Source: an uncultured Desulfosarcina sp. (GTDB lineage Bacteria > Desulfobacterota > Desulfobacteria > Desulfobacterales > Desulfosarcinaceae). Taken from it: a DNA stretch of 64,000 bases. The stretch covers positions 128,001 through 192,000 of the forward strand of contig CAXXWQ010000002.1 of the NCBI GenBank assembly GCA_963674945.2, in the 5' to 3' direction. Shown in pieces: positions 19,340 through 30,143 of the stretch; position 1 is the first letter of the stretch, and every line of letters starts with the position of its first letter. Position numbers and translations under genes: made by a program. Under the pieces are notes generated by a model. It saw nothing but the letters and a program-made list of their open reading frames with translations, did not search any database and had not been told where the DNA came from.

Positions 19340-20719
19340 TTACAGGACCAATTCCATTGTGATGTCACTGGCATCACGGTCCTTTCGATCCAGAAGGGCA
19401 TCCAGCATTTTCTCCATAATCCGCAATGCGCCGCGGTACCCCATGGTGGAGAAGTAGCTGTGTCCCATGCGGTCGTAGATGGGAAATCCGAAACGTACCA
19501 GCGGAATATCTTCGTCTTTGGCGATATATTTGGCGTAGGTATTGCCGATGATCAAATCCACCGGATCGTTCTTGATCCATTGATGGAAAAGCAGCATGTC
19601 GCCGGGTACCTTGATGTTTACTTCTTCCGGAACATCCGCCACTACTTCGCGCAAGGACTTCTCATACTTTTTGCCCGCCGGGCTGCCGGTAACGATGTGG
19701 ACAGGCCGCAGGTCCAAAGAGATCATGAATTTCGTTAGGGCCAATACATGATCAGGATCACCGGCGACGGCCACTCGTTTCCCATAGAGGTATTGATGCC
19801 AATCGGAGATGCAGTCCACAAGCTGTCCCCGTTCCAGGTTGATCTGATCGGGAACACTCACACCGGCCAACTTTCGAAGGGCATCGACGAATTCATCCGT
19901 TCCATGCAGGCCCAGGGGAAGCCCCAGGATCTCACAGGGGACCTTGCATTTTGCATCCAGGGCACGGGCGGCTGCCAAGGAGGCGGTTCGACCCAGTGCG
20001 ATGGTACCGATACTGCTTCCGCTTTTCTTCAACTCCTCGATGGTGACGCCGCCTTCGGGAAACATCTTGTATTTTCCCGTAAGCGGTCCGTTGAGCACTT
20101 TGGAGGTGTCGGGAAACATGATGGTCGGGATTCCCATGAGGGTGGCAATGCGTCGAATTTCCGCCATGTCCGACGGTTCGACGTAACCGGGAATCAGGTT
20201 GATGGTTTTCACCCTATGGCCGTTGGATTCGGCAAAATAGTCCACCATGGCCTTGGTCATGTTGGAGAATCCGGTGATGTGGGAGCCGACGTAGCTGGGG
20301 GTATTGGCGTGGAAGACGAATTTGCCGTCCGGAACCTTTCCGTCCGCCGTCGCCTTGGCAACGATCTGAGGGATATCGTCCCCGATGGTTTCGGACAGGC
20401 AGGTGGTGTGAACCGCGATCACATCGGGGTCGTAAACGGTGAAAATATTGTCGATGGCCTGCAGCAGATTGGCCTGGCCGCCGAACACCGAAGCTCCTTC
20501 AGTAAATGCGCTGGTGGCGGCCACGACAGGTTCTTTGTAGTGTCGGGTAAGGGCGCTTCGATGGTAGGCATAGCATCCCTGGGAACCATGACTGTGGGGC
20601 AGACAGCCGTGAACGCCCAAGGCGGCATACATGGCCCCGATGGGCTGGCAGGTTTTGGCCGGATTGACCGTCAGGGCGCTTCGCTCCTTGATCTCCGTTG
20701 GGGTATGTCTCAGTAACAT
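19340..20719 (-). CDS. nifK: Nitrogenase MoFe protein beta chain
   Basis: NPAKTCQPIGA, HGSQGC, TTCLSETIGDD, FGFPIYDR; SD AGGAG. Confidence 0.95.
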   Translation of the reverse strand: MLLRHTPTEIKERSALTVNPAKTCQPIGAMYAALGVHGCLPHSHGSQGCYAYHRSALTRHYKEPVVAATSAFTEGASVFGGQANLLQAIDNIFTVYDPDVIAVHTTCLSETIGDDIPQIVAKATADGKVPDGKFVFHANTPSYVGSHITGFSNMTKAMVDYFAESNGHRVKTINLIPGYVEPSDMAEIRRIATLMGIPTIMFPDTSKVLNGPLTGKYKMFPEGGVTIEELKKSGSSIGTIALGRTASLAAARALDAKCKVPCEILGLPLGLHGTDEFVDALRKLAGVSVPDQINLERGQLVDCISDWHQYLYGKRVAVAGDPDHVLALTKFMISLDLRPVHIVTGSPAGKKYEKSLREVVADVPEEVNIKVPGDMLLFHQWIKNDPVDLIIGNTYAKYIAKDEDIPLVRFGFPIYDRMGHSYFSTMGYRGALRIMEKMLDALLDRKDRDASDITMELVL

Positions 20720-20775
20720 AAGATTTTTTCTCCTGTTATCGGTCGGAAGTAAACCGGCAATTGACGGGCACTTTA

Positions 20776-22440
20776 TCAGGACCAGGCATAGGTGGCCGAC
20801 AATTCGGGGTGTTCCTGCCATGGTGCGCGCATATATTTCCACACCCGGCTGTTCACCATTCGATCGATCTCTTTATAAAAGTTGATGGCGCCTTTGAATC
20901 CGGCGTACGGCCCGCCATAATCGTAGCTATGAAGCTGCTTTAGGGGAATCCCGTGTTTTTGGACGGTGTATTTTTCCTTGATGCCGGCGCAGAACAGATC
21001 GGGTTTGAAGATCTTGATCAGCTGATCGGTTTCGTATTGGCTCAAATCGTCGATGATCATGGATCCGTCCGGCATTTCGGGCATCATGCCGTCATATTCG
21101 CCAAAACCGAGGCCCTTGGTTTCCAATTCGGTCTTTTTCTCTTCACTGACCCGTGGCTTGTATCGTTCCGGGTCCGGCTTCACGTCCAGTTCTTCGATGT
21201 TTCGGCTGTCCGCGTCCACTTTGATGGTCGGCAATACGGATCGCCCTTCGTAGTCGTCCCGATGACCGAATTCATATCCCGCGGAAAGGGTCTTCATGCC
21301 CAGCTCGGAAAAAAGTTCCTGGTAGTGATGGGCACGGGAGCCACCCACGAATAACATGGCCCTTTTTCCTTGCGTTCTCGGCAGGACTTCGGCACATGCC
21401 GCTTCGACGGCCGGCATCTCTTCGGCGATCACCTTCTCCACCTTGTCGATCAACTCCTGCTCTCCGAAGTACTCGGCGATTTTCCGTAAGGATTTTGCCG
21501 TGGCCTTGGCTCCGATGAAGTTGACCTTGATCCACGGTACACCAAACTTGGTTTCCATCATCTCTGCGACGTAGTTGATGGATCGGTGGCACATGATGCA
21601 GTTCAAGTCTGCCGTGTGGGAATTGGCGAATCCGTCGATACTGGAATTTCCGCTGTAAGTGGAAACCAGGGTGATGCCGCAAAGATCGAAAAGGCGTTCG
21701 ATCTCGAAGGCGTCCCCGCCGATATTGTATTCACCCAGAAGGTTGATTCGATATTTCCCTTCTCCGATGGTGTCATCATTGCCCACGACGTGGGTGAAAA
21801 TGCCGTTGTTGGCGATGTGGTGGCCGGCACTCTGGCTGACCCCCTTGTACCCCTCACAGGAAAAACCAAATACGTTGATTCCAAGTTTTTCCTTTATTTC
21901 CCGGCAAACTGAGTGGACGTCATCACCGATGAGACCCACGGGACAGGTGGCGAATACGGCAATGGCCTTGGGGTGAAAGTTGTCGTAGGCCTCCTGGATC
22001 GCCTGTTTCAGTTTTTTCTCACCACCGAAAATGATCTCTTCGTCCTGCATGTCCGTGGAAAAGCAGTAGGTCATGAAGTTGTGACCGTCGGGCGTGCTTT
22101 CCGGATCGGTCTGATTCCGGCGCGTCAACCAACTGTAAAATCCGCAGCCGATGGGACCATGGGTAATGTTGATGATGTCCCGTGTGGGCCCCAGCACAAC
22201 GCCCTTGCAGCCAGCGTAACAACACCCGCGTTGCCCGATAAGGCCCGGTACTGTTCGCACATTGGAGCTGATCACCGGCACCTTGCCGTCCGGCTCCACT
22301 TTGTTGATCACAATCTGTTTGGCCCGTTTTCGGGCGACCTTGGGTGGGTATTTGGAAATGAGCTGTTCTTTCACCTTTTCCGGATCATGGTTGTCCAGCC
22401 TTACTTTTTTCGTCGGTTTCTCATTCGCGGCCATAGCCAT
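20776..22440 (-). CDS. nifD: Nitrogenase MoFe protein alpha chain (group II type, with internal insertion)
   Basis: RGCCYAG, HGPIGC, CPVGLIGDD, CHRSINY, GYEFGH, LHSYDY. Confidence 0.96.
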   Translation of the reverse strand: MAMAANEKPTKKVRLDNHDPEKVKEQLISKYPPKVARKRAKQIVINKVEPDGKVPVISSNVRTVPGLIGQRGCCYAGCKGVVLGPTRDIINITHGPIGCGFYSWLTRRNQTDPESTPDGHNFMTYCFSTDMQDEEIIFGGEKKLKQAIQEAYDNFHPKAIAVFATCPVGLIGDDVHSVCREIKEKLGINVFGFSCEGYKGVSQSAGHHIANNGIFTHVVGNDDTIGEGKYRINLLGEYNIGGDAFEIERLFDLCGITLVSTYSGNSSIDGFANSHTADLNCIMCHRSINYVAEMMETKFGVPWIKVNFIGAKATAKSLRKIAEYFGEQELIDKVEKVIAEEMPAVEAACAEVLPRTQGKRAMLFVGGSRAHHYQELFSELGMKTLSAGYEFGHRDDYEGRSVLPTIKVDADSRNIEELDVKPDPERYKPRVSEEKKTELETKGLGFGEYDGMMPEMPDGSMIIDDLSQYETDQLIKIFKPDLFCAGIKEKYTVQKHGIPLKQLHSYDYGGPYAGFKGAINFYKEIDRMVNSRVWKYMRAPWQEHPELSATYAWS

Positions 22441-22525
22441 GGAAAGTTCTCCTTTGTAAAAACATGTGCATCGAATCATTCTTTATGAGGCGCGGATATT
22501 CTCCTCACCTCGCGAAACACAGTCG

Positions 22526-22906
22526 CTACCCTTCGTCCAGGGTTTCCACTCCCCGCTCTCCGGTACGGACACGGATGGCCTCCTGGCAGGGCATGACGAA
22601 GATGACGCCGTCACCCGATTTCCCGGTCTGATTGACCGAGATGATCGTTTTTACGGCCTTTTCCACCAAATCGTCATTGACGACCATTACCAGGAGCCGT
22701 TTGGGAATGAGCCGCTGGCTCTGGCCGAGTTGGGAAATTGCCTCTTCGTATCCGTGTTCGGCCCCTTTGAGAAGCTGCATATCCACCATCCCCTTTCCTC
22801 GCCCCAATGCATCGCGGGCGGTCATGGAACCGAGTCCGACCTCGGCCAGTGCTCTTTTTGTCTTGTTCATCATATTCATACGAACGATGGCGAGCAGTTC
22901 TTTCAT
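22526..22906 (-). CDS. nifI2: P-II family nitrogen regulator NifI2
   Basis: LGRGKG, GKSGDGVIFV, RVRTGE; between nifH and nifD. Confidence 0.88.
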   Translation of the reverse strand: MKELLAIVRMNMMNKTKRALAEVGLGSMTARDALGRGKGMVDMQLLKGAEHGYEEAISQLGQSQRLIPKRLLVMVVNDDLVEKAVKTIISVNQTGKSGDGVIFVMPCQEAIRVRTGERGVETLDEG

Positions 22907-23259
22907 ATCTCCACCTCTTCGGTCTTCCCATCGGAAGTCTGTTTTATGCCGGAACTGATGGTATAGGTCTCTTCCACAGGAATGACAAATATACGACCAT
23001 CACCGAAGGCACCTCTTTCTCCCGTTCGGGCTGCATTGATGATCGTACGAACGGCAAAATCCTTATCGGTATCCTTTACTACGGTGAGCAGCATTTCCTT
23101 GGGTATCTCGTCATAGGTGATCTCTCCGATTTTAATGCCACGCTGTTTTCCACGTCCTACGACTGACATCTTCGTTACACCTGGAAATCCTGCCTCCATC
23201 AGGGCGGCCAGCACGTTATCGACTTTCTCGGGGCGGACGATGGAACGGATCATAATCAT
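22903..23259 (-). CDS. nifI1: P-II family nitrogen regulator NifI1
   Basis: IVRPEK, GRGKQRG, YDEIPK, FGDGRIFV. Confidence 0.9.
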   Translation of the reverse strand: MIMIRSIVRPEKVDNVLAALMEAGFPGVTKMSVVGRGKQRGIKIGEITYDEIPKEMLLTVVKDTDKDFAVRTIINAARTGERGAFGDGRIFVIPVEETYTISSGIKQTSDGKTEEVEI

Positions 23260-23294
23260 GGTTTTTCTCCTTGTTTGGTTTATCGATACATGGT

Positions 23295-24146
<852 letters not shown>

Positions 24147-24180
24147 TCAATACATATACTAGCAACTTGCCATCTTATTG

Positions 24181-24196
24181 AGCAATGGGTGTGCCA
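24181..24196 (-). promoter_or_regulatory. Sigma-54 -24/-12 promoter of nifH operon
   Basis: Minus strand TGGCAC-ACCCA-TTGCT, about 60 nt upstream of nifH ATG. Confidence 0.88.
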
Positions 24197-24303
24197 TTCG
24201 TTATGAATTCTCCTTAAAAGTTTAAAACATATTGAAATAAAAAGTAAAAAATCCAGTCGATAGGTATCGCACGGTATTTTACAAAGTCAGACAATCATTA
24301 CAT

Positions 24304-24317
24304 CTACAATATTGTAG
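24304..24317. promoter_or_regulatory. Candidate enhancer-binding-protein site upstream of nifH
   Basis: Perfect palindrome CTACAATATTGTAG about 110 bp upstream of the sigma-54 site. Confidence 0.5.
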
Positions 24318-24497
24318 GTAGGTCACCTACAATAATGAAAAGATATATATCGAGACAGAATCGAACATATGGAGAAAACATTGATGAAAAACTCTGTTGA
24401 TGGCTAATCGACACAATTCTAAATAAGAAGTAATGACGTGGAACTATTCGGGTGAGAGAGAAAAATATTTTGGAGGAAGTAAAGGCGATGAAGGTAA

Positions 24498-26069
24498 TCA
24501 GTTGGAAAGGTTTCTAAAATGAAGGTTCCGCTGTTTGTTTTCCCTTATGATCTTGTCCAACCCGAATTTTTTCACGCGGTATCCCATCTGCCGCAAGGTG
24601 AGTCCGATTTCACGGGCTGCTTTCTGCTGTACCCAATCATTTTGCGCCAATGCCTCAAGAAGAGTTTCCCTTTCCATGATCTCCAGACGCGAGTGCGTCG
24701 ATTCGGAAGGTGAATCATAGTCCACGGATTCTTTTCGGCTGAACAGATAGGCCGGCAGGGATTTGGGTTCGATGCATTCGTTCTCGGCCATGATTGCGAC
24801 ACGTTCGACGAGGTTTTCCAATTCACGCACGTTTCCCGGCCAGTTATAGGCGGACAGGATTTCCATGCACTCCTGAGAGAAGAAAAACTTACGGCCATAC
24901 TCTTTCGCCGTCTTGGTAATAAAATAATCGACGAGAAGGGGAAGATCTGCTTTTCGTTTCCGAAGGGGCGGAATGGATATGGGAAATACATTGAGCCGGT
25001 AAAACAGATCGGAACGAAACATCCCTTCATCCACGGCACGGTTCAAGTCCACGTTGGTGGCGGCGATGATCCGGACATCCACCTTTCGTGTTCGTGTACT
25101 TCCCAGCCGCTCAAACTCGCGTTCCTGCAGAAAACGCAGCAGTTTTGCCTGGACCGGCAAGGGCAGCTCGCCGACTTCGTCGAGAAAGATGGTTCCGCTG
25201 TCCGCCTCCTCCAAACGTCCCTTCTTCAATTGGGTGGCACCGGTGAAGGCCCCCTTTTCATGGCCAAAGAGTTCCGATTCGATGAGATTGTCCGGCAGTG
25301 CTGCGCAGTTGACCTTTTCAAAGGGATTTCTGCGGCGCTGGCTCAGTTCATGAATGATTCTGGCCGTGAGTGTCTTTCCGGTACCCGACTCGCCCAGGAG
25401 CAGGACCGATGCCCGACTGGGAGCAACCTTGCTGATCATTTTATTCAGATTCTGCATGGCCGGACTGACGCCCACCGTGAAAAAGTGATTGTACTTGGCG
25501 GAGACTTCCGCTCGAAGGCTGCGATTCTCGGTGACCAGATGTGCCTCCCGACGCTCCACCTGGCGATAGAGCTGAAAGAACTGGGCAATCAGGGTGGCCA
25601 AGATGGACAAGAATCGGATATCTTCCTTGAAATCCACTTCGGGTCCGAAGAGTCTGTCTGCGCTTAAGACCCCGATGGGTTCGCTGTTCAAGACGATGGG
25701 GACACCGATGAACGAAATATTCGTTTTCGTCAGGTTGCGTGCCTGTGTTCGGTTCAGAAACAGCGGTTCCTTTCCGATATCGGGAACTGCAAAGGGCTGG
25801 GCGGATTCAAAAATGGCTCCGGTTATTCCCTCTCCCGGCTGGTAAATTCCTCTCTGTTGCTCTGTTGGGGCCAAGCCATGGGAGGCGATGATTTTTAAAA
25901 GACCGGTCTCCTTATCCTTCAGCGTAATGGTTCCCCGTTCCATGGAGAGGTTTTTCGACAGAATTTCGAGAATGGCCCGCAACGTATGATCCAAGTCGAG
26001 AACGCCGCCGATTTTCTGACTGATGGCGTAAAGGGTTTTCAGTTCCAGTTCGAAAATATTGTTTTCCAT
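24498..26069 (-). CDS. nifA: NifA-type sigma-54 activator (GAF-AAA-HTH)
   Basis: GAF domain, GESGTGKT, ESELFGHEKGAFTGA, WPGNVRELEN, C-terminal HTH; adjacent to nifH. Confidence 0.85.
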   Translation of the reverse strand: MENNIFELELKTLYAISQKIGGVLDLDHTLRAILEILSKNLSMERGTITLKDKETGLLKIIASHGLAPTEQQRGIYQPGEGITGAIFESAQPFAVPDIGKEPLFLNRTQARNLTKTNISFIGVPIVLNSEPIGVLSADRLFGPEVDFKEDIRFLSILATLIAQFFQLYRQVERREAHLVTENRSLRAEVSAKYNHFFTVGVSPAMQNLNKMISKVAPSRASVLLLGESGTGKTLTARIIHELSQRRRNPFEKVNCAALPDNLIESELFGHEKGAFTGATQLKKGRLEEADSGTIFLDEVGELPLPVQAKLLRFLQEREFERLGSTRTRKVDVRIIAATNVDLNRAVDEGMFRSDLFYRLNVFPISIPPLRKRKADLPLLVDYFITKTAKEYGRKFFFSQECMEILSAYNWPGNVRELENLVERVAIMAENECIEPKSLPAYLFSRKESVDYDSPSESTHSRLEIMERETLLEALAQNDWVQQKAAREIGLTLRQMGYRVKKFGLDKIIRENKQRNLHFRNLSN

Positions 26070-26176
26070 GAATCCGCTATTGGCTATGATTTTGTATCGA
26101 TCGTAACGGTTCTGGAGAAATTCACGGTAGAAGCCCTCGACGAACCGACACGGGTCCAATCTTTCTTTAACCCTGC

Positions 26177-26192
26177 TTCAACAAATATGCCA
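26177..26192 (-). promoter_or_regulatory. Possible sigma-54 promoter of nifA (variant -12)
   Basis: Minus strand TGGCAT-ATTTG-TTGAA. Confidence 0.35.
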
Positions 26193-26441
26193 GTTTCGGT
26201 GTCATGCAGGTTTGGTGTAAACATTCTGAAATTAAAGTGTATTATTTCATCCTTCATTTTATGCAGGTGTCTGCAGAAAGTACAAAAATGAAATATGAGA
26301 TGTTCAAAGGAACATATATGTAATTAGTGGGCATGGTATTTTTCCTTTTCCGGAGGACGACCGTTTTGCCCGGTATTTACATTTCCCTCCATGGTTGCAA
26401 TATTATTCTGTCTATCTAAGGAAGAAAGGAAAGATAACATC

Positions 26442-27308
26442 ATGCACTATGAAGGAGATGTCATCCGGCCACCCAGCGAGGCCAATAGTATCCTCATCGA
26501 GGTGGCCGTCAATTGTTCCCATCACAAATGCACATTTTGCGCTTACCATGGCCGGCGATTCAAAATTAAGTCCGATGAGATCATCCTGTCGGACATCGCC
26601 TTTGCCGCCGAATATTGCAGGCGTCAACGGCGCGTCTTTCTGTGCGGATGCGACGCGTTGATCATCCCCCAGAAACGGTTGCTTCGGATCCTGCAGGAGA
26701 TCCGGCGGCAACTGCCCTGGGTGACCCGGGTGGGGGTATATGCCAACACCAAGAGCCTTGCCATGAAATCTGCAGCGGAACTGAGGGCGCTGCGGGAAAA
26801 TGGCCTGGGTATCGCGTACATGGGGTTGGAAAGCGGCGACGATGTCACCTTATCTGCCATTCGCAAGGGAGCGACGGCCCGGCGAATGATCGAAATGGGA
26901 AAGAAGGCCAGGGACGCCGGAATCAAGCTCTCCGTTACCGTTTTACTGGGGCTGGCCGGCCGCGAACGCTCCCAGATTCATGCCCGGGAGACCGGCCGGG
27001 TCCTTTCCGCCATCGATCCCGAGTACGTCGGTGCACTAAGCCTGATGCTGGTGCCCGGCACGCCGCTGTATGATGACTTTCGTGAAGGGCACTTTACCCT
27101 GATCGATCCCAATGAGATGCTGGCGGAGCTTCGTACCATGATCGCCGAAACCCATCAGACCCAGGGGCTTTTCCATGCCAATCACGCCTCCAACTACCTT
27201 CCCATCCGCGCCCGGATGCCCAAGGACAAGGCAAAGACATTGGCTCTGATCGACGAGGCCATGAAGGGAAAGGTGGCCCTTCGTCCGGAATGGATGCGGG
27301 CGCTCTAA
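26442..27308 (+). CDS. Radical SAM protein of unknown function
   Basis: RPPSEA, CSHHKCTFC (CxxxCxxC), YMGLESG, NHASNYL. Confidence 0.88.
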   Translation: MHYEGDVIRPPSEANSILIEVAVNCSHHKCTFCAYHGRRFKIKSDEIILSDIAFAAEYCRRQRRVFLCGCDALIIPQKRLLRILQEIRRQLPWVTRVGVYANTKSLAMKSAAELRALRENGLGIAYMGLESGDDVTLSAIRKGATARRMIEMGKKARDAGIKLSVTVLLGLAGRERSQIHARETGRVLSAIDPEYVGALSLMLVPGTPLYDDFREGHFTLIDPNEMLAELRTMIAETHQTQGLFHANHASNYLPIRARMPKDKAKTLALIDEAMKGKVALRPEWMRAL

Positions 27309-27311
27309 CCA

Positions 27312-27490
27312 GTGCCCATCCAGAAATGGCCAATTTGTCCGATATCGGCGTTGCGCGAAAAATTTTATCCTCGGAATATCAACCATATACACCCCAAGGG
27401 CATTTCCTTCGGGCACCTGTGGTAAACCCGAGCTACAATTGGGTCGTGCGCCTTGATCTCGACCAAATTTGCCTGTTTCTGGACAGACAC
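27312..27490. repeat. MITE-like element, TIR type A
   Basis: GTGCCCATCCAGAAA / TTTCTGGACAGACAC; inner GTCCGATATCGGCGTT and CCTTGATCTCG shared with type B elements. Confidence 0.7.
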
Positions 27491-27594
27491 TAACTTGTTG
27501 TAATGGTACTGGATACGAGTATTCGAGGGGCCAAGGGGTCAAGAGATGAACAGAACTGGCCGATAATTCATAAAAATGAATCCGGGAGCTGTAC

Positions 27595-28962
27595 GTGGCC
27601 AAACCCAAACTGCTGATTATCGAAGACGAAGCATCGGTTGCCAAACAGATCAAATGGGCGTTGGATGAAACCTACGATATCACCATCACCCAGGATGGGG
27701 AAACGGCGCGGAATTACTTTTCTACCGGTACCTTTCCCGTCGCCACTTTGGATCTGGGGCTTCCGCCATTTCCGGACAAGCCGACGGAGGGACTGGCCTT
27801 TCTCGAGCGGGCAGGGGAATATTCTTCTCTTACCAAGGTCATCGTCATCACCGGAAACACCGAACGGGAGACGGCGCTCAAGGCCATCGATCTGGGGGCC
27901 GTCGACTTTTGCAAAAAGCCCATCGACATAACGGTGCTGAAGATCATTTTGAACCGTGCCTTTCGGATTCATGAATTGGAATCCGCCAATCGTCTCCTTC
28001 GGCTTGAGAAACAGACGCCCAGCGGTTTCAACGGGATGGTCGGCATCTCTCCGGTCATGGAAAAGGTCTACGAGCGGATACGGAAAATCAGCACAAACGA
28101 TTATCCCGTTTTGATTACGGGACCATCGGGAACGGGAAAGGAGTTGGCGGCCCATGCCATCCATGAACGAAGTCCCCGATCTTCAAAGCCCATGGTCGTG
28201 GTCAACTGCGGTGCCATCGCGGCAAATCTCATCGAGAGTGAGCTCTTCGGGCATGAAAAAGGAGCTTTTACCGATGCCGTGGAGCAGAAAAAGGGGAAGT
28301 TTGAACTGGCCGACGGCGGGACCCTGTTTCTGGACGAGATCGGCGAGCTGCCGTTGAACCTGCAGGTGAAACTGCTGCGCACCCTCCAGGAGGGAACCAT
28401 CGACCGTGTCGGCGGCACCCGTACCATCGACCTGGACGTTCGCATCATCGCGGCCACCAATTCCGATCTCGAAGCGGCAGTGGCGCAAAAGGCATTTCGG
28501 GAAGACCTCTATTTCCGATTGAACGTGGTGCCGGTGAAACTGCCGGCCCTGAAAGATCGCCCGGAGGACATTCTCGTACTGGCCCACTATTTTATGACCA
28601 CCGAAGCCGGAACCCTGAAAAAACACCGGGCCGCATTCACTCTTTCCGCCATGGCCGCCCTATCGGCCCACGAATGGCCGGGAAACGTACGGGAACTGCA
28701 AAACCGGATTCGCAGGGCCCTGACCATTTCCGACAACCGAACCATCACCCCGGCCGACCTGGGGCTGGAAGATGCCGTATCCGAGGAGCACGATGATACG
28801 CTTCCTACCTTGAAGGAGGCCCGGGATCAGGCCGAACGCCAATGCGTTCGCCAGGCGCTGTCCCTCACCGGCAACAACATCAGCCAGGCCGCCAAGATGC
28901 TGGCTGTCAGCCGGCCGACCTTACACGATCTGATCAAGAAACACGGGATCGAGACGGGGTAG
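27595..28962 (+). CDS. prsR: PEP-CTERM-box response regulator (NtrC-type REC-AAA-HTH)
   Basis: LDLGLPP receiver motif, GAFTDA, VSRPTLHDL HTH; beside PEP-CTERM and TPR genes. Confidence 0.85.
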   Translation: MAKPKLLIIEDEASVAKQIKWALDETYDITITQDGETARNYFSTGTFPVATLDLGLPPFPDKPTEGLAFLERAGEYSSLTKVIVITGNTERETALKAIDLGAVDFCKKPIDITVLKIILNRAFRIHELESANRLLRLEKQTPSGFNGMVGISPVMEKVYERIRKISTNDYPVLITGPSGTGKELAAHAIHERSPRSSKPMVVVNCGAIAANLIESELFGHEKGAFTDAVEQKKGKFELADGGTLFLDEIGELPLNLQVKLLRTLQEGTIDRVGGTRTIDLDVRIIAATNSDLEAAVAQKAFREDLYFRLNVVPVKLPALKDRPEDILVLAHYFMTTEAGTLKKHRAAFTLSAMAALSAHEWPGNVRELQNRIRRALTISDNRTITPADLGLEDAVSEEHDDTLPTLKEARDQAERQCVRQALSLTGNNISQAAKMLAVSRPTLHDLIKKHGIETG

Positions 28963-29308
28963 GGATCAGAGGTTTTCAAGATTTTCTTCTTTCGTTATCA
29001 AGCGGCAATTTTAGAACATTCTCTCAAAAACAACCATTGAGCGCAGCGTGTATTGAAGAACCGAATGAACGTGGAAAGAATGGCCAGTCTTTCCTGCCGA
29101 ATCGGCATCCATCCTTTACCGATAGGTGTTTTCTTTTTCTGCAAAATTGAACCATGCAGCCCCTGGCCGCAGGTTCGTAGTAAAGAAATCCGACACCAAA
29201 ATAGCTTTGCCTTAAGCACCCCAGCTTCTGCATATGCCCGAACTTATTGTTTGTTAAGATAAAATTCGTATTGTTTGATTGAGCGATAATTTCCAATAAA
29301 CGGAAGCA

Positions 29309-29325
29309 TGTCGATATTTTTTACA
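29309..29325 (+). promoter_or_regulatory. Candidate PrsR enhancer (PEP-CTERM box)
   Basis: TGT-N11-ACA (TGTCGATATTTTTTACA) about 60 bp upstream of the sigma-54 site. Confidence 0.6.
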
Positions 29326-29386
29326 CTGCTTCTGATAGTAACGGCGGTATGTCATAAAAATTAATAATATCAAGTATATATAAAAT

Positions 29387-29402
29387 TGGCACACAATCTG
29401 CA
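29387..29402 (+). promoter_or_regulatory. Sigma-54 promoter of PEP-CTERM gene
   Basis: TGGCAC-ACAAT-CTGCA. Confidence 0.75.
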
Positions 29403-29453
29403 TACATTTTTCGAAAAAATAGAAATAATAATGGCGTGAAAGAAGGTGAATAT

Positions 29454-30074
29454 ATGAGAAGGTTTACTGTATTTGTGAGCTGTTTGATGTTGGTGCTTGG
29501 AGTTCATAGTTTTTCTTATGCAATACCAATACAATTTGATATTGACGTTTCAAATTCAAGTGTTTCATTAAGCAACATTACTGCAGATGGATTTTGGGGG
29601 TGGACTAGTATATCAGCAAACCTTAATTTGGATAATGAAGTTTTTACCCTGGAAGATGATGAAAGTTACACATTCGATTTCTTTGATATTGAAATAGATG
29701 GGGGTGGGTTAATCGCTTGGGGCACAGCTGATATTTCTGCGACTTTGGCATTTTCTTTACCCACAATAGATCAAGTCGAAAGTTCAGGGAGTGGTGGTTG
29801 GTTGACGATTGGAGGGTTTATTTCTGGAGGAATCTTAACGTGGAATAATATGCCTGAAACAATTTCACTGGGAGATGGAATCTCTTTTGACGTTGCTTTT
29901 GAGAATATCCTTGAAGGTGGCCTGGGAGATTCAACAACAGTTTCAGCGACTGTAACGGCTCATACCAATGATACAGCGTCTCCCGTTCCCGAACCCGCTA
30001 CGGTTTTGTTAATGGGGGCTGGCCTAATGGGCATGGTGGCCGTAAGTAGAAAACGTTACAATAAAAGGTCTTAA
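29454..30074 (+). CDS. PEP-CTERM sorting domain protein
   Basis: Signal peptide; C-terminal VPEPATVLLMGAGLMGMVAVSRKR. Confidence 0.93.
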   Translation: MRRFTVFVSCLMLVLGVHSFSYAIPIQFDIDVSNSSVSLSNITADGFWGWTSISANLNLDNEVFTLEDDESYTFDFFDIEIDGGGLIAWGTADISATLAFSLPTIDQVESSGSGGWLTIGGFISGGILTWNNMPETISLGDGISFDVAFENILEGGLGDSTTVSATVTAHTNDTASPVPEPATVLLMGAGLMGMVAVSRKRYNKRS

Positions 30075-30103
30075 TAAAACACATTTTCGACATTCGCTTT
30101 GCT

Positions 30104-30143
30104 AAAAAAGCCCCACGGAGGTTTTCCTCTGTGGGGCTTTTTT
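30104..30143 (+). terminator. Rho-independent terminator (bidirectional-type)
   Basis: AAAAAAGCCCCACGGAG-loop-CTCTGTGGGGCTTTTTT. Confidence 0.88.

Noticed and set aside
16282..22440. Alternative (V or Fe-only) nitrogenase
   Set aside because: No vnfG/anfG between D and K; NifD motifs and nifEN fit a Mo enzyme.
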